Shown piece by piece: positions 18,301-27,300 of a stretch of DNA of 33,813 nucleotides. Location: the IMG/VR virus record IMGVR_UViG_3300020043_001840, positions 1 to 33,813 of that record; one strand, given 5' to 3'. Numbering within the stretch: position 1 is the first letter of the stretch; each line of letters begins with the position of its first letter. The position numbers were made by a program, and so were the translations under genes. The stretch comes from a virus. Its lineage: Duplodnaviria > Caudoviricetes. The notes under the pieces are model-generated. The model did no database searches and was not told where the DNA came from. It worked only from the letters and a program-made list of their open reading frames with translations.

Positions 18301-19524
18301 ATGGCAGGTCAGGGAATCCTAACCTTCGCATCTGACGCTCTGAAGCTAGTCTACGGCGACCTTCACGAGCAGCTACGCGACAAGAACCCAGCACTGGAGT
18401 TCATCGAAGCATCATCACAGCACATCACCCAGAACGGTAAAGAGGTCATCTTTGACACTCACATCGGTCGTAACCAGGGCATCGGTGCGCGTGGCGTTCG
18501 CGAAGCTCTACCAGTAGCAGGCGCTCAGAAGTACAAGCAGGCTCACCTATACCTCAAGAACCTATACGGTTCAATCGAGGTTGACGGTCAGCTATTCGAG
18601 CAGGCTGCAGACAACTACAACTCATTCATCAACGTTGTTGACGGTGAAATCAAGGGCCTAAAGCGCGACCTAGCTCGCGACCTAAACCGCCAGATCTACG
18701 GCGATGGTTCAGGTACCCTCGGTGTAGTAAAGACCACCGACTCAACTGCTGACACTTCAGTAGACTTCGTTGACGCACACTGGATCGAGCCAGGCATGAT
18801 CGTTTCATTGCTTGCTGGAACCGACCTAGTTGACGGAACCCCTACCGTTCTATACGCAGGTATCGAAGTTGTTTCTGTAAACGAGTCAACTGGTGTTGTA
18901 GTATTCGACACCGCTGTTGCCGTTACCGCAGGTGACATCATCGTTCGCGGTGTATCAGGCGCTAACTCATTCAACAAGGAACTAACTGGTCTTGGCGCGA
19001 TTGTTGCTTCTGGCAACTCGCTACACGGCATCGACGGTGCTTCTGTTGACGTATGGAACTCAACTGTAGAAACCCTTGGCTCAGTAGGTACCCCAGGTAC
19101 CCTAACCGAGCTAGCATTGATCAACCTCGTTCAGAAGGTTGACAAGCAGGGTGGCGAAGTTGACGTATTCCTAGCTTCTCCTGGTGTTTACAACGCTTAC
19201 TGGAACTTGCTAACCAGCTTGCGCCAGTTCACCAACGGTGCAACCCTTACTGGTGGTCAGCGTTCATTCACCTTCGAGGCTCTAGGTAAGCCAATCAAGT
19301 TCGTTTCAGACTACGCAGCGCCAAAGGGAACCCTTTACGCTTTGTCTTCAAGCGAGCTCGTTATCAACCGCAAGCGCGACTGGGCATGGATGGACCGCGA
19401 TGGTTCAATGTGGACCCGCGCAGGCGACACCGACGCTTACAAGGCAACCATTTTCCAGTACTCGGAAATCGGTACCTACCGTCGTAACGCACACGCTAAG
19501 CTCTCGAACATCGCTGAGCTATAA
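18301..19524 (+). CDS. Major capsid protein
   Basis: 407 aa after scaffold; strong codon bias; own promoter, SD and terminator; ALKLVY, YGSIEVDG, RDLNRQIYGDGSG, RRNAHAKL. Confidence 0.9.
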   Translation: MAGQGILTFASDALKLVYGDLHEQLRDKNPALEFIEASSQHITQNGKEVIFDTHIGRNQGIGARGVREALPVAGAQKYKQAHLYLKNLYGSIEVDGQLFEQAADNYNSFINVVDGEIKGLKRDLARDLNRQIYGDGSGTLGVVKTTDSTADTSVDFVDAHWIEPGMIVSLLAGTDLVDGTPTVLYAGIEVVSVNESTGVVVFDTAVAVTAGDIIVRGVSGANSFNKELTGLGAIVASGNSLHGIDGASVDVWNSTVETLGSVGTPGTLTELALINLVQKVDKQGGEVDVFLASPGVYNAYWNLLTSLRQFTNGATLTGGQRSFTFEALGKPIKFVSDYAAPKGTLYALSSSELVINRKRDWAWMDRDGSMWTRAGDTDAYKATIFQYSEIGTYRRNAHAKLSNIAEL

Positions 19525-19540
19525 GCCGTAAATAAAAACT

Positions 19541-19582
19541 CCCCGCTACTTGGTCCGTCTCGCCGAGTAGCGGGGTTTTTTA
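19541..19582 (+). terminator. Rho-independent terminator after capsid gene
   Basis: ccccgctacttgg / ccgagtagcgggg stem followed by tttttt; preceded by an A run. Confidence 0.9.
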
Positions 19583-19583
19583 T

Positions 19584-19589
19584 TACAAT
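19584..19589 (+). promoter_or_regulatory. -10 TACAAT, leaderless promoter
   Basis: 6 nt before ATG 19596, right after the terminator; no SD. Confidence 0.6.
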
Positions 19590-19595
19590 AGATAC

Positions 19596-20012
19596 ATGAT
19601 TGATTTCTCGCAGATAGACGGACTGCACTCAGATGAACATCGTAGAGTCGCCTCCGTCATTAAAGACATTTTCCCAACCGTGCGACTTATTCGTATGCCA
19701 CACGATCACCCACAGTTTGACCCAGAGCGCCAGTTTGCTCTAATCGACGAGCCTTACATGCTCCCTGCCTACTTGATCACCAATGTTGCAGAAGCTGAAG
19801 TGAACCACCGACTCGTTGCTCGTCTACTGGAAAACAACGCGCACGACCCTAACTCTAAGGTGAGTAAGTTACACTTGTTAGAGATGGCAAATGCTGCGCT
19901 TGAGGCAAAGCGCGAGGAAGAGTGGCGTGCCGAGAAAAAGGATGTCATGAAGTCCATCATGAAATCCACCAAGAACACCTACCGTCACGACGGTCAAACT
20001 CTTAGAAGGTAA
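19596..20012 (+). CDS. Hypothetical protein, first gene of tail module
   Basis: 138-aa ORF filling the gap, phage-typical codons. Confidence 0.75.
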   Translation: MIDFSQIDGLHSDEHRRVASVIKDIFPTVRLIRMPHDHPQFDPERQFALIDEPYMLPAYLITNVAEAEVNHRLVARLLENNAHDPNSKVSKLHLLEMANAALEAKREEEWRAEKKDVMKSIMKSTKNTYRHDGQTLRR

Positions 20013-20014
20013 CT

Positions 20015-20677
20015 ATGCCAGCAGAAGAATTCTCCTACACAGGAAACGACATCGGCTCACGAGTTCGCTCGCAGTTCGGTGACACTTCTGGCGCACAGCT
20101 TGAGGACGCATCAATCCTTCACTGGATCAATGATGGTCAGCGAGAAATCGTAAACTCAAACCCAATCCTTCGCGACATGAAGCTAACTAACATCGTCGCT
20201 GGGCAGTCAGACTACACTTTTCCTTCGGACAAAGTTCTTCTAATCGAAGCTGTCTACATTGACGGCTACCCAATCGAGAACGTCACACCTCAAGAGGCTC
20301 GTGCCTTCATCATGAAGAACGACCCAACCAAGCTTGAGCGTGCTGATCGCCCAGAGATCTGGTACGAGCGAGCAGGCGTAGTTACCTTCTACCCCGTTCC
20401 AAACAAGAGCATCACTAACGGTTTGAAGCTTGAATACATCAAGAACCCAACTTCAATCGTTGCGCTTACTGACACCATAGGCATTCCAGACCGCTACTTC
20501 AACCAGCTAGTCAACTACGTCATCTCTCAGGCTCTTGAGATGGATGAGAACTATGACGCTGCTGCCTACAAGGACCGTCAGTTCCGCGATGGCCTAAACC
20601 GCCTAAGCAATAAAGAGAACACTGTCGAATCTTCACTCTACGATCAGGTGCTTGCAGACCCAGCAGATTGGCTATAA
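20015..20677 (+). CDS. Head-tail adaptor (tail tubular protein A-like)
   Basis: VRSQFGD...ILHWINDGQREI, GQSDYTFPSD, FYPVP, LEY, IPDRY...LVNY; position before nozzle gene. Confidence 0.72.
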   Translation: MPAEEFSYTGNDIGSRVRSQFGDTSGAQLEDASILHWINDGQREIVNSNPILRDMKLTNIVAGQSDYTFPSDKVLLIEAVYIDGYPIENVTPQEARAFIMKNDPTKLERADRPEIWYERAGVVTFYPVPNKSITNGLKLEYIKNPTSIVALTDTIGIPDRYFNQLVNYVISQALEMDENYDAAAYKDRQFRDGLNRLSNKENTVESSLYDQVLADPADWL

Positions 20678-22333
20678 ATGTCACAGATTATTCGCCAGCG
20701 TAGCGCAACACTACAGCAGTTCACTGGTGGTCTAAACAACTACTGGGACCAGTCAGCAATTGCAGACAATGAGCTTGCCTCGATTATCAACTTCGAGTTC
20801 TCGCCTAACGGTGCTCTTATGTCACGCCCGCCAATCTACATCCAGAAGCACTCTGGGTCTAATGTCGTAACCCCTGTCACTGGCGAGCCATTCGACCTAC
20901 TTGGCACCTATGTGCAGGCAAACGGCGACCGCTACCTTGTAGCATCGACCAACAGCAAGACCTGGATCTTCAATGTGCTCACCCACGCTTGGACCCAGAT
21001 CGCAACCTTCAAGGCTTCAGACTGCACCCAGTACTTGAACAAGATCGTTCTATGCTGCGAGACTCAGGCTGGCGGATACTGGGAGGCTGGCACATTCACT
21101 GCGACCACCTCTATGCCTTACCTATCTGGCATTGAACTATTCCAGAACCGCTTCTTTGGCTTTGGAGTCAAGGGCACCTCTACCGCAAACATCGTCTACT
21201 GGGGCAATGTTTCAACCGCTGGCCCATCAGGCGAATCAACTTCTGTATGGTCATGGATCAACGCAGACAGCAACCTAATGTATGTCGAGATCGGTGGTGG
21301 CGATGGTCAATGGATCACCGCAATTGCACAAGGTTATAACGACATCGTTATCTTCCGTAACCGCTCTACCTACCGTTATAGCTACGGTGATGTGCCTGAG
21401 GAGGGCACCATGCAGGCTATGCAGCAGGACATCGGTGCAGAGTCAAAGCGATCAGTTGTCAAGTTCGAGAACGCGCACTTCGTCCTCTCTGGCGGAATCC
21501 TTTACAAGTACCAGAACTGGCTCTACTACCCGCTCAATGCTCAGAAGGTGAAGTTCGAAGGAAAAGAATTCACTCGCCGATTTGAGCACGCAGTTAGCAT
21601 TATTGGTCGCCGTGCGCTAGTCTGGCATAATGGCGGAATGTACGCCTACAACCTAGACACTGAGACGTGGAGCGAGTGGGAAAGCACAAACAAGGTCGCG
21701 TATTTCGTTACCGTACCGAGACGCGCAGAAGAATTAGAAGAATCTCTTTACTTTGGTATTACTGGTGCAAGTAGCCCAAGCGATGCTGGTGCAACTGCCT
21801 TCTCGCTATACCGCATAGAGGACAAGCCAAACTCTGCTATTGGCACTGAGTCATTCCAGTGCTCATTGCGTACCAAGATCTACGACTTCCAGTCGCCTGT
21901 GGAATGGAAGCGCCTCTACTTCTGGACTGTTGACCTAGCCTCAGCTTTGCCGATCAAGGCAATTGCTTACCCTGTTGCGCTACCTGCAACCGCGCCATCA
22001 GCCAACTGGGACCAGATTTCAAAGGACTTCGAAGGCGAGACTGGCTTCAAGACTTGGGATGACCTATCTTACGAAGGTTCTGGCGACATTGACTTTGGAA
22101 CTTGGGACAACATTACCCAGCCAACTAGCGCAGTTGCTACGATTGTTGACAGCTTCCCTACTGGTCAAGTGCTCCGCATGGAAACCAAGCTCAACCATGC
22201 CCTCCGCTTTAGACGCATGTACTTTGAACTATACTTGAACTGTGATGGTACGGCATTCACGTCACCTGTACAGGTCTTCAGCATTACTCCAATGATTGGT
22301 GCGAAGGCAAAGATTTCTAAGGGAGCTAATTAA
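20678..22333 (+). CDS. Tail nozzle / DNA stabilization protein (P22 gp10, T7 gp12-like)
   Basis: FTGGLN N-terminus, N.E....GAL..RP, beta-propeller-like Trp/Tyr-rich repeats, IGA.S..SV, YNLDTETWSEW. Confidence 0.75.
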   Translation: MSQIIRQRSATLQQFTGGLNNYWDQSAIADNELASIINFEFSPNGALMSRPPIYIQKHSGSNVVTPVTGEPFDLLGTYVQANGDRYLVASTNSKTWIFNVLTHAWTQIATFKASDCTQYLNKIVLCCETQAGGYWEAGTFTATTSMPYLSGIELFQNRFFGFGVKGTSTANIVYWGNVSTAGPSGESTSVWSWINADSNLMYVEIGGGDGQWITAIAQGYNDIVIFRNRSTYRYSYGDVPEEGTMQAMQQDIGAESKRSVVKFENAHFVLSGGILYKYQNWLYYPLNAQKVKFEGKEFTRRFEHAVSIIGRRALVWHNGGMYAYNLDTETWSEWESTNKVAYFVTVPRRAEELEESLYFGITGASSPSDAGATAFSLYRIEDKPNSAIGTESFQCSLRTKIYDFQSPVEWKRLYFWTVDLASALPIKAIAYPVALPATAPSANWDQISKDFEGETGFKTWDDLSYEGSGDIDFGTWDNITQPTSAVATIVDSFPTGQVLRMETKLNHALRFRRMYFELYLNCDGTAFTSPVQVFSITPMIGAKAKISKGAN

Positions 22334-22557
22334 TGGCAGAGCGCGGAAGCCTCGGCACTTTTGAGTTCACCCCTTATGCTGCGGGTGCAAAGATTTATAA
22401 CAGCATTGCGTCTTCGCCTACTCGTGGAGCAGTTGACAAGACTGGCTACGCTAACCGCGATCGCAAGCTTGCCGCAAAGCGCAACGCAGTTCTTGCTGCC
22501 ATGAAGGCTAAGCAGGCTGGCGCTATGGGCAATGCAAATGTCGGAAGGTTCATGTAA
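22333..22557 (+). CDS. Small basic virion protein
   Basis: PYAAGAKIY...PTRGAVDKTGY..RD...KRNAVL; TAATG coupling on both sides. Confidence 0.7.
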   Translation: MAERGSLGTFEFTPYAAGAKIYNSIASSPTRGAVDKTGYANRDRKLAAKRNAVLAAMKAKQAGAMGNANVGRFM

Positions 22558-23186
22558 TGCCAGCTATCTTTGCAAACAGAATGCTCATTGACGGGGAGGC
22601 TGGGACTCCTAGCGCCCTTGCTGCTGCTCAGCAGACTGGATCATACGTACCAAGCGGAGCTCCGCTGAACGACTCATTCAACCGCACCAGCTCAAAGATG
22701 ACAATGGTGCCTGAAGCAACTTCGCAACCTCCTGCCGTAGTAGGCAACCCTTATTCGCTTGAAAGCGATCCTGTTTATCAGGCTGCAATGAACGCAGGTC
22801 AGTCGCAGTTCAACCTGGGCCGCGCAAACGCCTTGGCTAACAAGACTACTCAGGAGATGGAGCTGGGTAACCAGCGCAAGAACCTAGATGTAAATGCAAC
22901 CGAAGCTCGCCGTCGCACTGCAGGTAACTACGCAGCTCGCGGTATGGCTGGCGGCGCTGCTGGTGCACTAACCCTTGCCGAGCAGCAGGCTAACGCTAAG
23001 CAGATCGCAGCTCAGACCAGCATCAAGGACCAGATCGCTGCGTTGAACGCGAACTACCTTGAAACCTACGGCAACGCAAGCCAACCTAACTTTGACTGGA
23101 CCAGCACCCTAGTTGGTCAGAACTACAAGACACAGGCAGCACAGAATGCGCTAACTGCTCAACTAGCAAGAATGGGAGTCCAGTAA
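22557..23186 (+). CDS. Putative internal virion (ejection) protein
   Basis: Ala/Gln/Asn-rich helical, YAARGMAGG motif, position after nozzle. Confidence 0.65.
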   Translation: MPAIFANRMLIDGEAGTPSALAAAQQTGSYVPSGAPLNDSFNRTSSKMTMVPEATSQPPAVVGNPYSLESDPVYQAAMNAGQSQFNLGRANALANKTTQEMELGNQRKNLDVNATEARRRTAGNYAARGMAGGAAGALTLAEQQANAKQIAAQTSIKDQIAALNANYLETYGNASQPNFDWTSTLVGQNYKTQAAQNALTAQLARMGVQ

Positions 23187-24313
23187 TGGCGATTCCAGTA
23201 ACCCCAGCAACTGCAGGCATTACTGCAATTCCAGACCCTAAGCGCTCGCCACAGTCTTATCAGGCGTACATTGCTAAGCAGACCGCTGACGCACAGCAAG
23301 CTGCAATGGACAAGAGCAACGCTCAGATTCAGTCGAGCTACCAGCCAATCCTAGACTTCTACAAGAAGCAAGAAGCTGACACTAACGCTCGCTACGCGCA
23401 GAACGCTGCAAACCTAAAGAACATCTTTGGCGCACTGACTGGCCTCTCTGCAAAAGATCAGGCAAATGTCAAGGCTCAGTTCGAGTCGTCGATTACTAAG
23501 CAGGCTACCGACCTAGCTACCCGCACTGCTGAGCAGCGTGCAGCACAGGCTGCTGGTGCAGCACAGGCAATCGCCACTGGCGCAGAGCGAGGCGGAGGAC
23601 CAGCGATGGTTGGCTCACCTACCGCAACTGCTACCGAAGAAGCTATTGGTCAGTCAAACGCAATCCAGACTAACTGGGCTGGCTTGATGGGTGCCCAGCA
23701 GGCTAATGCTCTAACTGACATCGCCAACCGTGGCGCAGGCTACGGTCAGCAGGAAGTTGCTGCAACCAGTCAGATGGCTCAGAACTTGCAGGATGCTCTT
23801 GCTGGCATTGGCGGTCAAGTTGCTGGCATCCAAGGGCAGATTGCTCAGGCTAAGGTTGCCCGCGATCAGGCTATTCAGAATGGCGAATACGAGGCTGCAG
23901 CTGCAGCTCAGAAGCAGCTTGACGCTCTTCAGCTTCAGGAGCTCAAGAACCAGGGCTCACTTAATGTTGCACAGACTGCTGCTGCTGCCCGCTTGGCTGC
24001 TGCAAAGTCTTCTGGCGGTGGCACTAAGACCGAGAAGCTTCCTGCGTCTGAGCAGATCAAGGCTCGCGCTGACAAGCTTGGACCTACTGTTTACACTCAG
24101 ATTCAGACTTCAGCCAACAACGCTTACGCTACTGCTTTTGACATCTTGAACCCTAAGGTTGACCCTAGCAACCCCGACAGCGCGTATAAGAACCCGCTAA
24201 AGATCACTATTCCTAAGGCTGCAGATGTCAAGAACGCTTGGCAGGCTGCCCACTTGGGTAAGGGTTCAGTAGCTCCACTCGCTAACGACTACATCGACGC
24301 TACTTACGGGTAA
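23186..24313 (+). CDS. Putative internal virion (ejection) protein
   Basis: Ala/Gln-rich helical 375 aa, no Cys; TAATG coupling. Confidence 0.65.
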   Translation: MAIPVTPATAGITAIPDPKRSPQSYQAYIAKQTADAQQAAMDKSNAQIQSSYQPILDFYKKQEADTNARYAQNAANLKNIFGALTGLSAKDQANVKAQFESSITKQATDLATRTAEQRAAQAAGAAQAIATGAERGGGPAMVGSPTATATEEAIGQSNAIQTNWAGLMGAQQANALTDIANRGAGYGQQEVAATSQMAQNLQDALAGIGGQVAGIQGQIAQAKVARDQAIQNGEYEAAAAAQKQLDALQLQELKNQGSLNVAQTAAAARLAAAKSSGGGTKTEKLPASEQIKARADKLGPTVYTQIQTSANNAYATAFDILNPKVDPSNPDSAYKNPLKITIPKAADVKNAWQAAHLGKGSVAPLANDYIDATYG

Positions 24314-24316
24314 GGG

Positions 24317-24355
24317 TTCCAGCCTATAATTGTCTTATCGACTATTTAGGCGGAA
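24317..24355 (+). promoter_or_regulatory. Hairpin hiding the SD of the giant gene, with TATAAT in its 5' arm
   Basis: ttcc-a-gccta-t-aat-t-gtc [ttatc] gac-t-att-taggc-ggaa; TATAAT 24325-24330; SD-like aggcgg 24348-24353; TTG start 24359. Confidence 0.62.
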
Positions 24356-24358
24356 ATC

Positions 24359-27300
24359 TTGGCTGATCCAAAAAAACCAGTAAACCCATTTGCTCCAAAA
24401 AGTGGCAAAAAAGCGACTACTGGCGTACCGAAATCAGTAAACCCTTTTGCTCCAAAGAGCACCAAGAAGGTAACTAAGACCAGCACCAGCGCAACTGACA
24501 CCACCGATACTGGTGGTAAGCCTGGAGCAGATCCACTAGCGCCTATCGCATCATTTGGTCAAACTGTACTTGGCTACGCGCTGTCTCCTCTGGCTTTCAT
24601 TCAGGGCTACACTAACCAAGCAATCAAAGAATCTGAAGCCGTCGCTACTGGCAAGAAGAAACTAAATTACCTAGACCTAATCGGTAGCGACATTGCAGCT
24701 GGTGTAAAGAACGCTCAGAACAGCATTAGCGGAAAAACTACTGTCGTAGGTAAAGACATCATCGCAAGTGCTGGACTTCCAGCGACAGTCGTAGATGTTC
24801 CACTACTTGGCCCGACCGATCTAGGTGGCTTGGCTCTTGACATCGCTATGGACCCGACTAACCTTATTCCTGGAAAGGTCCTAACCACTCCACTAAAGGC
24901 TGCTGCCGTAGCTGGTAAGACCACTCTCAAAGCTGGAAAGATCGCTGCAACTGAAGGCAAGGTCAGCGTAAAGCTGAACGAGCTTGCTCCAAAGATCACT
25001 GAAGTAAACGGTGCAGAGGTGGCAGCAGTTCCAGAGTCTCTAAAGCCTGGCGCTCTATTCGTAAACCAGTACACTAAGAAGCCTCTTGTGAAGTACCAGA
25101 ACATTCGCTCTGAAGGTCCTATGGCTACTCGTCTAGCTAAGACTGAGAAGACTGTAGCTGACAGGTTCTTGTACAAGACGCTAGAGATTGCTGGCAAGGC
25201 AACTCCGCTTCAGGTTATTGCCTCTGCTATCGAAGCTGGTGGAAAAGCTGCAGCTACCACTATCCTCGGCGACATTGCAAACAGCAGCCTGTCTACGATT
25301 GCTAAGAACGAAGCCCGCGCTGCTAAAGCACTTAAGGGTGCTGTCCCGCAGATCATCGAAGAGGGCATCGGCAAGGACATGGTTCCTTACCAGCCACACG
25401 TCTCTCCAGATGGCGTAACCGTCCTCGATGGCAACAACGGCATCCACCAGTTCGCAGATGAAGCTGAAGCTACCGCTTGGGTCAAGGCTCAGAAGGATGC
25501 TCCTGCCGTAATCAAGACAACCAAGGGCCTCAAGCCTGTGGTCGACACCGCGCCATTTGAGGCAACTGGCGACCTTGTTTCAAAGCTAAACCCAACTACT
25601 TTCGACGGCAAGGCTGCGAAAAGCATGCTTACCGCGATTGACAAGATTGCAAAGGGTGCTGTCGGAGCTAGCGCAACTCAGGTTGCTGCTGGCGGTCAGA
25701 AGCTATCGCTACGTAAGAACGTCAAGGATGTTCTTGCCAACTCGATCTCTGGCGAAGTTAGTCCGTTTGAGATCCTCCGCAACCTGCTTACTCGCGGAGA
25801 CAAGTCTCAGGAAGTCGCTGTTGCTACCCACCTAACCCTACAGACCGTGACTGGTGCAACCGGCAAGACTGCAACCATCGCTGAGCTGATGAACAAGACT
25901 GCATTTGCCAAGATGAGCAAGACCGCTCAAGAGCAGGTAATCAAGCACTTCCAAGACTTCCTAGCTGACCCTACCATTGGTCGCGAGATGGTAGAGGGCG
26001 CTGCTGCAACTGAGCGTAAGTACACTGGCTTCTCTGACCTTGTTGCTGGACTAAAGGCTGGCGACAGCGTTGACTATGCAGTGCTAGAGAAGCTGCTAAA
26101 GCGTATCGATCCAGAGCACAAGGTTCTTGCCGAGGTTGAAAAGGCTGCTGGCTCTGCTACTGCCTACGACCAGATCAAGAATGTTCTAGTTTCTCAAGGT
26201 GCTCAGACTGTCTACGACACGCAGCGTCGCATGAACCTGTCTGACGCAGCAACCCTATTCAAGACTGATGGCCTAGCGCTTTCGGACACCATGTCAGCCT
26301 ATTCTGATGGTCGCATGAACGGCACCATCCCTCCTCTCGATGCTGCAGTAGTGTCTTCACGCCAAGCAGCTCACACTCGCGTCTCAAAGTGGATGGACAA
26401 CCCAGACACCGCTGGAGTCATGCGTGATGTGCTTCGCGCTGTAAACAGCGGTCTAGGCAAGAACTTCGAATACATCGAAAAGGAAATCATGGGCTCACCT
26501 GAGCTTATGACTGGCGTTAGCTCATTCGGTGATCTTGCTGCTCGCTCTACAAAGCGCCCGTTCATGGCAGAAACAAAGGCCGCACTTCTCCGTCAGATCA
26601 ACCAGTCTGGCGAAGCAAAGATGCTTGGAAACCTATTCGGTATCGCCCGCAAGCGCAGCAAGACTTCAACCATTGACATCGACGAGATGATCATGCGAAC
26701 CACCATGCTGGAAGATGCAATCTTGTCTATCCTTGGTGCTCGCACCGTCTACGCAAAGCCAGTGGCTGCAGGCGGATCGAAGCACTACGTCTACATCACT
26801 AACGGCGACTTCATGAAGGTTATGCGTGACGCTAACCCAGAGGCGCTAAAGGCTGCCCTATTCCCTGATGTTTCACGCCCAGGAATTACCAAGTACGACT
26901 CACTTTCAACTGTGGGTATCGGTAAGGCAATCCGTCGCGTGATGGAAGCCAAGGAAACTAACTCAATCGTTGACATGCAGGAAGTTCTCCGCGACCTGCT
27001 TAGCCGTGGCGAAGGCCAGGCTCCTTGGTCAGCAACCTATGCTTCGCGTGCTCCACAGATCGCCAACGATGTTGCAATCGCCATCCGTGACAATGTTGAC
27101 TCATTCATGAAGTTCCACACCGAGCGTGCTAGCGCGGTCGTAGAGGACACCCTGTCGTCAGCACAGACTCTAAGTGAAGACCTTTACACCTCTCTCCTAG
27201 AAGGTTGGAAGGCTAACCTAAACACTGGCCTTGACTCAACCGCTGCACGAGCACAGCTCGTTCGCGACTGGTTCAACAAGTTCGTCTACGCCTCTCGCCT

